From an uncultured Actinomycetes bacterium (lineage in GTDB: Bacteria; Actinomycetota; Thermoleophilia; RBG-16-64-13), in contig CAWJDT010000001.1 of NCBI GenBank assembly GCA_963841735.1, positions 384,001 to 448,000 on the forward strand: a stretch of 64,000 nucleotides of DNA, in the 5' to 3' direction. How positions within the stretch are numbered: position 1 is the stretch's first letter; each line of letters begins with the position of its first letter. Shown here one piece after another: positions 39,273-50,131 of the stretch. The notes beneath the pieces were generated by a model. The model was not told the DNA's origin, ran no database searches, and saw only the letters and a list, made by a program, of their open reading frames with translations. The position numbers and the translations under genes were made by a program.

Positions 39273-40535
39273 GTGCCGACAACCATGACAGCGCCCTCCA
39301 GCCCGATCCAACGACTACTCGCGCCACGGTTGAGCGCCGCGCTCGCCGACACGCCCGTCGTCCTCATCCATGGTGCTCGTCAGAGCGGCAAGACAACGCT
39401 CGCGCGGATGGTCGGCGAGCCCCTGGGATACGCCTATTTGTCGTTTGACGACGATGCTGTTCTTCAGGCGGCATCGCGCGACCCAATCGGCTTCGTCGGA
39501 GAACTGCCTCCGCGTGTCATCTTGGACGAGGTCCAGCGCGTCCCTGCGCTGTTCACTTCACTCAAGGCTGAGGTGGACCGGCGGCGTCTACCGGGGCGTT
39601 TCATTCTCACGGGGTCGGCAAACGTCCTGCTTGTGCCTGCGCTCGCGGATTCTCTCGCGGGTCGGATGGGCATGCTGAGGCTACATCCCTTCGCGCAGAG
39701 TGAACTGACCGGCCAGGGGCAAGGGTTCTTGAATGATCTCTTCGCGGGCCGGTTTGCCACCCGTGTCGTGGAGCGGCTGGGCGAGGAGTTGGCTCAGCGG
39801 ATCGTGGCCGGCGGATACCCGCCTGCGCTTGAGCGACGCACGGCCGCACGACGTGGCGCTTGGTACCGAGACTACGTGGACACACAAATACAGAGGGACG
39901 TGCGTGATCTATCCCGCATCCGGTCGCTGGAGATACTCCCGCGTCTTCTGGCTGTGGCCTCCGCCAACACCGCCCGCCTGTTGAACGTCAGTGAGCTGGC
40001 CGGGCCCTTCTACGTCGACCGGCAGACGATCCACGATCACATGGTGCTGCTCGAGGGCGTGTTCCTTCTTCAGCGTCTTCAACCCTGGTTCACAAACCGG
40101 CTATCGCGGCTGGTCAAGACACCGAAGCTGCACATGGGCGACACTGGAGTCGCGTGCGCTCTCCTGGGCGTGCAGGCGCCCGACCTGCAGCAGGATAGGG
40201 CTCTTCTTGGATTCCTTCTTGAGACCTTTGTGCTGCAAGAACTCCAGCGCCAGGCGAGTGGACAAGGGGAACACCACGCGTTCTTCCACTTCCGCGATCG
40301 TTACGACCACGAGGTGGACATCGTCATTGAGCGCGGCGCGTCCGCGGTGGCGGGCGTGGAAGTGAAGGCGGCGGCGACCGTCACCGACAGTGACTTCCGC
40401 GGGCTTCGACGACTCAGTGAGGCCGCGGGTGACCGTTTCTCTCACGGAATCGTCCTGTACGACGGCACAGCTATTGTGCGGTTTGGCGAGAAGCTCCATG
40501 CGGTGCCCATTCGCACCCTTTGGGAGACCTACTGA
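39273..40535 (+). CDS. AAA_14 ATPase with DUF4143 domain
   Basis: GARQSGKT, LDEVQ, LTGSA, GGYP, K.PKL...DTG, EVDIV, EVK. Confidence 0.92.
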   Translation: MPTTMTAPSSPIQRLLAPRLSAALADTPVVLIHGARQSGKTTLARMVGEPLGYAYLSFDDDAVLQAASRDPIGFVGELPPRVILDEVQRVPALFTSLKAEVDRRRLPGRFILTGSANVLLVPALADSLAGRMGMLRLHPFAQSELTGQGQGFLNDLFAGRFATRVVERLGEELAQRIVAGGYPPALERRTAARRGAWYRDYVDTQIQRDVRDLSRIRSLEILPRLLAVASANTARLLNVSELAGPFYVDRQTIHDHMVLLEGVFLLQRLQPWFTNRLSRLVKTPKLHMGDTGVACALLGVQAPDLQQDRALLGFLLETFVLQELQRQASGQGEHHAFFHFRDRYDHEVDIVIERGASAVAGVEVKAAATVTDSDFRGLRRLSEAAGDRFSHGIVLYDGTAIVRFGEKLHAVPIRTLWETY

Positions 40536-40647
40536 CTGCGAGCAGCGTGATAGGGCGGAGTCTGCCCCGGTGACGGTTACCAGGGACTCCTCACTCGACG
40601 GCGTCCAGCTGACTCGCCCTACTCAGAGAAGTAGTCGGCGTCGATCG

Positions 40648-40717
40648 CTTCAAGATTTGGTGCTGATCGGCCGGGGTCGTGCGGCAGACGGGGGGCGTGA
40701 CTCTCAGACCGGGAGCA
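40648..40717 (+). repeat. L-motif copy 6
   Basis: TTCAAGATTTGGTGCTG...GTGACTCT. Confidence 0.7.
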
Positions 40718-40719
40718 AG

Positions 40720-41550
40720 CTACACGTGGCATCTGGCCTTGTAGGCCCAGCAAATCTGCTCCAGCATGGTACGAACACCTGGTCTGCTCCCGTCGCGAGC
40801 GCAGCAGCGCACACAGGCATCCGCCAGGGTCAGGGAGCCGTCCTGTCCCGTGGAGCCACCGAGCACCGGCAGCCACGAACCCTCGCCCTGCGGCACGTTC
40901 ACCTCGGCCACCGAGCCATCGCGCCGCGTCACCCGAGTCTTGCCCGCGGGAGCATTGCGCACGCACGTGATGGTGGGATAGGTCACCAGCTCCCCGAAGG
41001 TATCCTCGGGCACCAGGTGGATAGCTCACATGGGGCCGGGCCGCCGCAGCGGACCGGCGCTGTCCACGTAGAGATACTTCTCGGGCGTGATGAACACCAG
41101 CCGGCCCCCGGGAGCCAGACCGGCGAGCGCCTGCTCGAAGAAGAGCATGTACAGGTCGAACCGGCCGCGTGCCGTCGCGAAACCGGCCCGGTAGTGCTGC
41201 TTCTCGGCCTGCGACAACCCCGTGATGGCCACGTAAGGGGGATTGCCGCCGATGAAGTCGTACTCCCCGGGCTCGCTCAGCAGATAGTCGGCGTGGCGTA
41301 TCTCGACAGCAGGGTGCCCATCGAACTTGCAGCGCAGTACGGTCACATGGCGAGGGTCGGACTCCACCCCGGTGACTCGAGGCACAGGGAGGTCGCGCGT
41401 CGCGCACCAGCGGATGATCCCCTCGATGAAGGCTCCGGCGCCGCATCCAGGATCGAGCACGCGGTCATGCGAACCGGGCGGCCGCTCGCGGAACAGCAGC
41501 TCGACCATGCCGTCGACGGTCTCGGTCGGTGTCGGAACGAATCCCTTCAT
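40720..41550 (-). pseudogene. Eco57I/TaqI-like N6-adenine DNA methyltransferase (fragmented)
   Basis: VLDPGCGAGAF, GNPPY, DLYMLFFE, LVFITPEKY; broken afterwards. Confidence 0.85.
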
Positions 41551-41640
41551 AGTGAGTCCATCGTACACGACGGAGTGGACGGGGCTGCGAGCGACTGCCC
41601 TCTCACGGACCACGGCCGTGGACGTAGGGAGGCCGTCAGG

Positions 41641-41710
41641 CTCTGGTCAATATCTGGCGTTGTTTGGACGGGGTGACGCGGGAGACGTGGGGTGAGTCTG
41701 AGCGCGGGCG
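41641..41710 (+). repeat. L-motif copy 7
   Basis: GGTCAATATCTGGCGTTGTTTGGACGG...GTGAGTCT. Confidence 0.75.
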
Positions 41711-42056
41711 ATCAGATACGGGACCAGCAACAGCGACGACCCAGTGGTGGTGGTGATCATCATCATCATCCTGCCGACGACTTGTTGATGATGATGATGT
41801 TCTTGGTGGTGGTTGTGGTGGTGGCGACGACGGCGTTGCGCGTCATCATGACGATGGCGATGACATCCTCGCGGTTATCCTTGATGCATGAGCTTTGGCC
41901 AACCCCGCAATGATTGCGGGGTTTGTTGCGGGATAGCCCGGAGGCGGCCAATTCCTCTCCCGTATCACGCAATGATTGCGGGTCCCTTTGCGCGAAATGG
42001 ACGAAACCAAGTGGACATGACCCGACAACCCTGGTTCCGACTCAGGGCGAAACACC

Positions 42057-43550
42057 TCATGTCAAAACGACCTCATAGCGCGTGGCGGGCCCTGAACCAG
42101 AACGCCGGAGCAATCCTAGCTCCGCCAAATGCCCCAGGTGGTACAGGGCGGCTCGGTCGCTCAGACTCATGGCCTCAGCGTACGATCGGGTCGTGACCAA
42201 CTCCTGCTGAGTGATCCACTGCCACCCCCGCAGCTCTGAATCACTTAGGGTCTTGGCCACGTGTTCTTCCAGCCCTCTCACTGCTGATTCGGCAAATCGG
42301 TAGAGCGTGAGGGCAAGATAAGGAGGTTCCCACCTGAATCGTGGCAAAGGTAGCGAGAACTCTACAGCTCCGTCCCTTAACGAGCCGAGGCCAAGGCCTT
42401 GTTCTTCCGCCATCCCCATGCGGGCAAACACAAAGTGAAGCACCGGGTTGCGGCTCAATGTGGGCGCGGAAAACTTCTGCATCTGCTCCAAGGTGATAGG
42501 AGGCGTCGGCGCTCCGGGGCTTCGGATCACAATGATGTCCGAATCAATAGCAATCTGGCACTTCGCGCCTTCAATGGAATAGTCGCGATGAATCAATGCG
42601 TTGACGACCGCTTCTCGGATCATTTCGAAAGGTAGTGCAGAGCGTTCAACTCTCTGCGTCCGGGTCCTCTCGAACACGTTCGGGAGCTTGTTCCGCAACC
42701 ATTGTTCGAGCAACTCCGGTATGAGCACCGCAGGCTCGTCGAACTCCTCCCGCTCCTTGTCACCGTTCGGGTAGGCTATCGAAGCTAGGAGTCCGGCCTG
42801 ACGCATCGCCCGACGAGGCTCCTTGCCAAAGAGCAACATGCCAAAGCCCGTCGGAACCATTCCGGCCGCCTCTTCCTTCAATAGGCCCTGCTGCAGTAGG
42901 CGCCGCTTGAACTCCGGTGAATCGGCAGATTCCGCGATTCCGGCGCGGCTGCGATACACCTCGATGGCTTCCGCAGAGAAGTCCGCCATAACCCCGGCCT
43001 GAAGCGGGTTCTCCAGAGGCGACAGAACAATCGCGGCGGACTCCATCTTTGCCTCGACCGCCCGCTCGTTGGCCTGCCTCAAGAATTCCTCGTTCTCCCT
43101 TTCGATGATGACCTGCAGGTCCCGGTCGAACATGTGAACCTCGATCCCGCTGGTCTCCAGGTACTGGATCCCCTTTCTAGCGACCTTGGGATCCGGGTCC
43201 TGAATGCCGACCCACACTGCCTTGAGTCGAGCAAGGCAAATGCGCTCGGCGCAGCAGACCTTGGGATTTCGTCGCGCACCTGGTGCGCACGGCTCTAGTG
43301 TGGCGAAGAGCGTTGACCCATCGAGTTTGGCGTCGCGGTTCTTCCGCTCCAGCAGAGTGAACTCCGCATGGTCCCCTTGACGCAGCTCGCCGCGGTAGGC
43401 TGTGTCGATTGTTCCATCAGCTCTTACCAGCACAGCCCCGACCCTGGGAGTGGCCTTGCCGTCGGATCGTGGTTCCTGCACAGAGTGGCGCATGACCTCG
43501 ACGGCGAGCTCCATCATCTCCCGCGGACTGAACCCTCCCTTGGCGTTCAC
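42057..43550 (-). CDS. Cytidine-deaminase-like domain fused to RecG-C/HATPase_c_4 and wHTH
   Basis: HAE and TLEPC...C zinc motifs; REAVVNALIHRDY, SPG, SRNP, EEQGLG; C-terminal HTH. Confidence 0.85.
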   Translation of the reverse strand: MNAKGGFSPREMMELAVEVMRHSVQEPRSDGKATPRVGAVLVRADGTIDTAYRGELRQGDHAEFTLLERKNRDAKLDGSTLFATLEPCAPGARRNPKVCCAERICLARLKAVWVGIQDPDPKVARKGIQYLETSGIEVHMFDRDLQVIIERENEEFLRQANERAVEAKMESAAIVLSPLENPLQAGVMADFSAEAIEVYRSRAGIAESADSPEFKRRLLQQGLLKEEAAGMVPTGFGMLLFGKEPRRAMRQAGLLASIAYPNGDKEREEFDEPAVLIPELLEQWLRNKLPNVFERTRTQRVERSALPFEMIREAVVNALIHRDYSIEGAKCQIAIDSDIIVIRSPGAPTPPITLEQMQKFSAPTLSRNPVLHFVFARMGMAEEQGLGLGSLRDGAVEFSLPLPRFRWEPPYLALTLYRFAESAVRGLEEHVAKTLSDSELRGWQWITQQELVTTRSYAEAMSLSDRAALYHLGHLAELGLLRRSGSGPATRYEVVLT

Positions 43551-43596
43551 TGGTTCAACCTCTCCCCCCATGTGCCGGCACAGCGAGTTCGTACTT

Positions 43597-43746
43597 CGCG
43601 CACCAGCGGATGATCCCCTCGATGAAGGCTCCGGCGCCGCACACCGGATCGAGCACGCGGTCATGTGGACCGGGCGGCCGTTCGCGGAACAGCAGCTGGA
43701 CCATGGCGTCGACGGTCTCGGGCGGTGTCGGAACGAATCCCTTCAT
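43597..43746 (-). pseudogene. Second 5' fragment of the DNA methyltransferase
   Basis: MKGFVPTPPETVDAMVQLLF...VLDPVCGAGAFIEGIIRWCA. Confidence 0.8.
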
Positions 43747-43893
43747 GGTGAGTCCATCGTACACGACGGAGTGGACAGTCCGGCGGATGTGGCCTTGGTC
43801 TGCGCGCCGACGGAGCACAGAGCTCGAACAACTCAGTCTCCGCTGGACCTGGGGCGGTTCACTTGGCCGGTCCGTGGAACCGGTGAGCCGGGG

Positions 43894-45156
43894 CTAGTAG
43901 GAGTAGCCCCAGACACGGCGTATGGGTGAGATGAATCCTGGAAGGCCAGTCTCCTCCTCGACTGTCTCGCCCAATAGTGTGAGACCAAGAAACCGTCTGA
44001 CCGGCGTGAACAGGTACAGCAGACGCCCGTCAGCTGAGGCAGCCCACACAACGAGCCCTTCCCCCGCGCTGGACTTCTTGGCGAGAGGCAGAGGCTGTCC
44101 CATACGATCCCAGCGGTCAAGTTGTTGGGTCCACGCCTCCGACATGAAGACCAGCCCGTCGACACCCTCGGCAGCCACTTCCTTCGCTACTTCATGCCAG
44201 AAGAAGTACTTGTCCGTCTGATTTCCGAAGTATGTCGAAATCATCTGCCAGCTCTTCTCAGGATGGTGCAACCACAAGAGGGTGGTGTGGTATCCATCAG
44301 TCCTCATCAAGTGTCGAGCTTGGGGAAGGAGCGCACGAGCGAACTCAAGGGGGTCATCTGGGTTGTCAGTGTGGCTCATGCGCGACGTTCCGTACCGCTT
44401 GACTACCTTCTGCTTGAAATCAGGGTCCTCTAGGCAATTCGGCGCGTCCCTAGTCACGAGTCCTTTCTCTTCAAAGGTCGTTGGGTCAACAACAATCTGG
44501 TAGTCATCCTCGGTCAGAGCAGGGCAACTATTGGGGATTGCCTTGACGATCTCGCCTGGTGGAGGAGTCGCCTTCCCTGCCACTCGGGCTTCGAAGTCAA
44601 GCACCAGCAGAACCATTATGTGGAGAAGCTCGCGCAGGGCGGCAAGAATCTCCTGGTCTGGGAGCGTGTCGACTTCCCAATGGCGCTCAACAATCAGCGT
44701 GGAGCCCTCCAACTGCTCGGCGGGGGTTGACTCTGCAACGACCGAGACGGCCTGTTGCGTTGTCAAGCACGGGGGCAGACTAAGGCTCGTCTTGAATGGG
44801 CACAAGTAGGAGTTGACGAGTGTGACGGTCGCGCGGCTGCTTGGAGCCAGACCTTCCTTCTTCACAACTCGGTTGCGCGCCTCGATGGCCCACTTGGCAG
44901 TGGAGTTGGCGCGAAGCAGCGACTGCCATGGTTCATACCACTGTTCGAAGTCAGACAGTTCCTTCTTGTTGGCTTGTACTCTGAAGGTGATGTTGCGTAG
45001 GTCCTGTATTAGGGTGTTGAGTGAGAATATGAACTCGCGGGGGTCGTGGTAGTTCCGACGGCATTCATCGAAGTAGTAGGTGGCCTTGTCCAGGACTTCC
45101 CTTACGCTGGAGACAGCCTCGGGCCTTTGGCTGCCCACGCTTCGCTTCTTGCTCAC
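43894..45156 (-). CDS. Hypothetical protein, possible HEPN-like N-terminus
   Basis: ~420-codon ORF with lower GC; helical N-terminus with ARNRVVK. Confidence 0.7.
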   Translation of the reverse strand: MSKKRSVGSQRPEAVSSVREVLDKATYYFDECRRNYHDPREFIFSLNTLIQDLRNITFRVQANKKELSDFEQWYEPWQSLLRANSTAKWAIEARNRVVKKEGLAPSSRATVTLVNSYLCPFKTSLSLPPCLTTQQAVSVVAESTPAEQLEGSTLIVERHWEVDTLPDQEILAALRELLHIMVLLVLDFEARVAGKATPPPGEIVKAIPNSCPALTEDDYQIVVDPTTFEEKGLVTRDAPNCLEDPDFKQKVVKRYGTSRMSHTDNPDDPLEFARALLPQARHLMRTDGYHTTLLWLHHPEKSWQMISTYFGNQTDKYFFWHEVAKEVAAEGVDGLVFMSEAWTQQLDRWDRMGQPLPLAKKSSAGEGLVVWAASADGRLLYLFTPVRRFLGLTLLGETVEEETGLPGFISPIRRVWGYSY

Positions 45157-45387
45157 GAGCAACTCACCAGACTGCTCCCCCGCTTGCCAGCATGACTCAC
45201 TGAGACAACGAGACCCATCGTGCTGCAAAGAAACTACGCTCCGGCGCAAGGGTGGTCAAGTGGAATGCACTGCGAGCCAAACTGCGGTCTCTTGACACGG
45301 TGCGCGGCGTGGTCTGAATTCGACATCACCGCGGCAAGTGGCGCACCTCACCGCCCGGGCACCCGACTGAGACCAGAGGCAGCTCAG

Positions 45388-46315
45388 CTACAACTCGTCC
45401 GGCAACCCCTTCAACTCCGCCATGGAGAACACCGGCCCGTCCACGCACACATACTTGGGCCCGACGTTGCAGCGGCCGCAGATGCCTATGCCGCACTTCA
45501 TCCTCTTCTCGAGGGTGGTATAGGTCTGCTCGGGCGTGAAGCCTAGCTTCTCGAAGCTGATCAGGGCGAACTTGATCATGATGGGCGGACCGCAGGTGAT
45601 GGCTATGGTGTTGGCCGGGTCGGGGTTCATGCGCTCCAAGACCGTCGGCACCATGCCCACGTCGCACTGCCAGCCGTCGCACTCGCGGTCGATGGTGAGC
45701 ACCAGCTCGATGTCCTTGCGCTTCTGCCACTCCTCCACGTCATACCAGTAGGTGAAGTTGGTGGGGTGCGTCGCGCCGTACAGGATGGAGATGCCGGCGT
45801 AGTCGGCGCGGTGTTCCAGGGTGTATTCGATGGTGGCCTGTGACTCGTTTCGAAACGAAGCCGCGGCCGCCTAGTTCACGCCGGACGGCACAATACCACG
45901 TCCTCAGTCGCGCCAATAGCTCCGCTATTGACGCTCCTTGCGTCCTTGTCTTGCGCTTGCCCGGCGTGTCCCTGACGGCCGAGCGTCACTTCGAAACGAG
46001 TCTTGGAGCGCTGCCGAACCGATGCCGCCCAGGACGTAGAGGATCCTCTTGCCCTTCCAGGCCTCCACCGGGAAGCCGCAGCCCATGGGGGCGCGGATGC
46101 CCACCTTGTCGCCCTCGGACAGGTTGTGTAGAGCCTTGGTGACCTCGCCGGCCTTCATCACTGAGAACTGGATGAACTCCTTCTCGCTGGGCTTGGAGCT
46201 GATGGCGAAGGTCGACTCGCCTATTCCGAAGATACCCAGCTGGCCCACCTGGCCGGGGGCGAAGGTGAACTTCTCCTGCACGGCGGGATCGTCGAAGCGC
46301 ATGCGGAAGGTCTTG
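45388..46315 (-). pseudogene. Duplicated 3' part of flxA-like gene, interrupted by a MITE
   Basis: Near-identical to 58046-58808 with mostly synonymous changes. Confidence 0.92.
45841..46003. mobile_element. MITE (~160 bp)
   Basis: GACTCGTTTCGAA...TTCGAAACGAGTC terminal IRs; absent from the intact paralog. Confidence 0.85.
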
Positions 46316-46352
46316 CGCGAACCATATACAGGGTTGGAGAGACACCGCGAGT

Positions 46353-46425
46353 CTCTTTTCAAGATCTGGTGCTGTTTCGACGAGTAGTGCGGGCAGCGGG
46401 GCGGTGAGTCTTCGCGCGGGGGGTA
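46353..46425 (+). repeat. L-motif copy 8
   Basis: CTTTTCAAGATCTGGTGCTGTTTCGACG...GTGAGTCT. Confidence 0.85.
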
Positions 46426-46479
46426 GCCGCACAGGCCTTGGCTTACAATAGCGTCCCTTGAACACCCGCTGTGTGCAGG

Positions 46480-46760
46480 CCATCGGACCGATCTAGGACA
46501 AACCGTGCCTTCTCAACCCTCAGCATCTCAAAGGGGGTCATGGGCTTGATGCCCATGCCAATGCACACGTTCGGGATCTTGATCTTCTTCACGCTCTGAG
46601 CCGGCACTTCGTGCGTCACCACTGTGTGCCCGTGCGCGAGTGCCTGCGCGACGAGGTAGAAGTCGGCGGCCTGCAAGAACGTCGTGACGGCGGCTGGGTC
46701 GTAACCCTGTTGGCTGGCCCACGAACTGCCTCGTACTCTCCGTCCACGTCGATGCCCGGG
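46480..46760 (-). pseudogene. DUF4411 (PIN-like) C-terminal fragment
   Basis: FLQAADFYLVAQA...VVTHE...KKIKIPNVC...PFEMLR. Confidence 0.75.
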
Positions 46761-46814
46761 GTGTTGTCCCGCGCGACGCGGGGCGGGTTCACGTTGTCGA
46801 TGTACATTCGAGGT

Positions 46815-46913
46815 CGAGCACCCGGTCATCCGGTCCGGGCGGCCGTTCGCAAAACAGCAGCGCGACCATGGCGTCGACGGTCTCGGGGCGGTGTGGGGAA
46901 CGAATCCCTTCAT
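46815..46913 (-). pseudogene. Third 5' fragment of the DNA methyltransferase
   Basis: MKGFVP / PETVDAMVALLF.ERPPGPDDRVLD. Confidence 0.75.
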
Positions 46914-47072
46914 AGTGAGTCCATCGTGCACGACGGAGTGGACGGTTCGAGGGCTGTGGCCTTAGTCTGCGCGCCGATAGGGCACAGAACTCAAACAACT
47001 CAGTCTCCATTAACCCTGCGGTTCACTGCTGGACGCGGGCGAACTTGATCACGATGGGCGGGCCCCCGCCGG

Positions 47073-49395
47073 TCAGGGTTCGCGGGCATGAAGCAGGCCA
47101 AGGGCAACAGTCACCACGACCGCGACGAGCACAAAGGCAAATGGCGTATAGCCGAACCCCGCGATCTCGGGGAGTCCGGTGTCGTGGGCGAACGCCAGCC
47201 CGGCGATCGAAGCAACCGTGATCGCCCCGGTGACCGGGAGGAATGCAGCCGTGCCCGTGACCACCCGCCGGGCGGGTGTCCGGCCGGACCTAACCATGAG
47301 CAGCCGAAACTCCCGTTCTTCAGAAACAAGCTGGAATCCCAGAGCGACGGCCATCAGGGCCACGAGCAGTGCCGCTCCGTAGCCGAGCATCTGCGAAAAC
47401 GCATAGAAGCCGCCATCCTGGTAGCCGGCGTCGATATCGATGAACGCCGCCGGCGCAATGGACCTGGCGAGGCCTTCCAGCTGACCCTGATCGGCCGCGG
47501 ACAAACTGGTGAAGTCGAGCAGCGCGATATCTCTCAGCTCATTGGGCTGACCTCCATAGCGGGCGAGGCTGTCAACCACAGCGTCCGGAAACCCCCCGCC
47601 ACCGCCCAGTAGTGAGGTCGGCACGGCGGCGACCGTGGCCAACGGGGTGAGCTCTCCCTCGCGCAGCCGGGCTATCACAACTTGCCCGTTCTCGATGAAG
47701 GACGGGTCTGCAAGGACGGAGTGCTCCTCCGGACGAGCATCGATCGTCCAGACTTCGGCCGGCTCGCCGATGGAGCCCCAGGTCGAGCCGTTCTCAATAG
47801 TAAGCTCGGCATCAAGGCCGGCGAGGATACGCTCCTCGTCAAGCGGCGGCAACATCGCTTCAACGGCCCGAGCGATGGACGGTCTGACAACGAGAAGACC
47901 CGTAGAGTCAAAGCGGGTTGACATCTCGTTGCCGGAGTTGGCATCAGCCAGCTGCCGCAGGACCTCGAGAGTGGTAACTTCTCGCACGGCCAGCGAACCC
48001 GCGGGCTGGAACGGACGATACCAGGCCTCCTCGATCTTGCTCCCGTGGGCGTACTCCGTCGCGGCGATGCTAGCCGCGAGAGCGATGACAGTCAGTATGA
48101 GAATAGCGGGCAGCGCCCGCTTTGAGCGCTGCCTATGGACGTATGCCAACGCGCGCAGTCTGGACCGTCGTGTCGCGGCCGCAAGCGCGACCGGGATGGC
48201 GAGTGATATCGCGGCTGAGCCGGTGAGCGCGAGCCACCAGTTGATGTCGGCGTACTCACGCGAACGCGGAAAGGCCACCATAGCCACGCCGGCGCAGCAC
48301 AGTACCAGCGCGATCCAGCCAGTTGCGCGCGGCAGTGGCCGTCTTCGTAGCGCTCGCTCGACAGCGGGTCGTCGCGCCGGAAGCACCGGAAGCAGGAGCG
48401 CGACGCACACGAGAACGAGGACGAAGATAGCTGTGGCCGGCCGTAGATCGAAGGGAACATCAAGCCAGCGCATACCCCACGGCCGCCCCGAGAGCCGCGG
48501 CGCCAGAAGAAACGTGAGCGCAACAACTATCCACCCTGCAAACGCGCCACACGCCGCCGAAAGCGCGCACGCCACAGAAACCACAGCTCCGGCCTGGCGC
48601 TCTCGCATTCCCGCTGCCACCAGCCCGCGATGCTCCACTGAGACCCCGGAATTGAACAGCATGACCAGAAAGGCGAACAGGCATGCCGCGATCACCAAGA
48701 ACGCCGGCCTGAAGTACGCGGACGAAACCCAACGGGCCTTGGTCGATCACCTCTGCCGCGAGCATCGTCTCAAAATCGGCCGAGTTGGCCGTGTAGCCTG
48801 AATCGCCCAGATACTCCGGTATGTCATTGACAAGCCACGCCGTAGGTTCATCCACGGTGGGGCCGGCAAGGCCGGCGATGGCAGCCCACTGGGGGCGCGT
48901 GGGCAGCACAAATATGCCCACTACTTCGAACACCTCGGCACCGATCTGTACCTGGTCCCCCACCGATACCGCCAGTCTGGCCGCGGCGGTTTCCGAGAGC
49001 GAGACCTCGCTTGCCGAGGAGGAGTGACTACCCGACACGAGCAGGCCAAACTCGGCGACGCGGGAATCGGCCGAGAAGGCGTCCAAGCCCACCCGGGAGC
49101 GGCCGACATCAGCGGAGCGGCCGCCTGCGTTGACTCGAACCTCGTCGGTCTGCACAGCGACGGCGCCTGTCACAGTGGGGACGGCTTGATCAGGGACTAT
49201 CTGAAGTCGGAACCCGCGATAGGTGGACTCTACCGACGCCCGCGTCTGTTGCAGCGTAGTCGAGTACGACATGTCCGCCACGGCAAACGCGGCAGCTAGG
49301 CACGTGGCAACGATCGCCACACCGAGGCAACGGAGCCGCTGCCAACCCATCAACCCCCAGGCCAGGCGGCAGACACGAGGCCAAATGCGGGTCAT
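47073..49395 (-). CDS. FtsX/MacB-like ABC permease (frameshift ~48700)
   Basis: N-terminal TM, periplasmic-like domain (LAVSVGDQV..VVGIF), two TM clusters; coupled to ATPase. Confidence 0.7.
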
Positions 49396-50036
49396 TGGAC
49401 CGCGCTCGTCACTCGACCATCACGGATGTGGACTACGCGATCTGCCAGACCAGATACCAGAGGATCATGCGTCGCCACCAAGACGCCCACCTGGTGCGTT
49501 CGGGCGATCTCGACGAGCAGTCTGCCGATCTGGACACTGTTGTCCGCGTCGAGCGATCCGGTCGGCTCATCGGCCAACAGGTAACGCGGGCGCGTCGCGA
49601 CCGCTCGGGCTATCGCCACTCGCTGCTGCTCTCCGCCCGACAGGTGCACCGGGAGTTCCTTCATCTTGTCTGACAGCCCCACCGCCTTGAGTGCGCGATC
49701 AGAGCGGTCGGCGATGTCCTGAGGGCCGATCCGCTCAAGCAGCTCTACCGCGAGCGACACGTTGGCGTGAGCGTTGATAAACGGTACAAGCCGGTAATCT
49801 TGGTATATCCGAGCCAGCCCCCGCGTGCGCTGCTTGCCCCCCACCCGTTCGCCGTCGATGGTCACTTCTCCGTCGAAGCCGGGAAGATCACCCGAGAGAA
49901 CTCCGAGGAGCGTCGACTTGCCCGATCCCGAGGGACCAACCAACGCAGTGACCTCGCCCTCGCGCACGCACAGCGAAATGCCCCGCAAAACAGGAGCTGT
50001 CCCATATGCGAACTGCACGTTCGACGCCTGAATCAC
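49392..50036 (-). CDS. ABC ATP-binding protein (LolD/MacB type)
   Basis: GPSGSGKST, LSGGEQQRVAIARA, ADEPTGSLD, ATHD. Confidence 0.93.
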   Translation of the reverse strand: MIQASNVQFAYGTAPVLRGISLCVREGEVTALVGPSGSGKSTLLGVLSGDLPGFDGEVTIDGERVGGKQRTRGLARIYQDYRLVPFINAHANVSLAVELLERIGPQDIADRSDRALKAVGLSDKMKELPVHLSGGEQQRVAIARAVATRPRYLLADEPTGSLDADNSVQIGRLLVEIARTHQVGVLVATHDPLVSGLADRVVHIRDGRVTSAVQ

Positions 50037-50131
50037 CAGAGACCCCCCTTGCTATTGGCGCAGATCCGGTACGGCCCACGATAGCAGCGGAGGTGCCGCG
50101 CCGTCGGCGGCGCGGCACCTCCACAGGTGGG

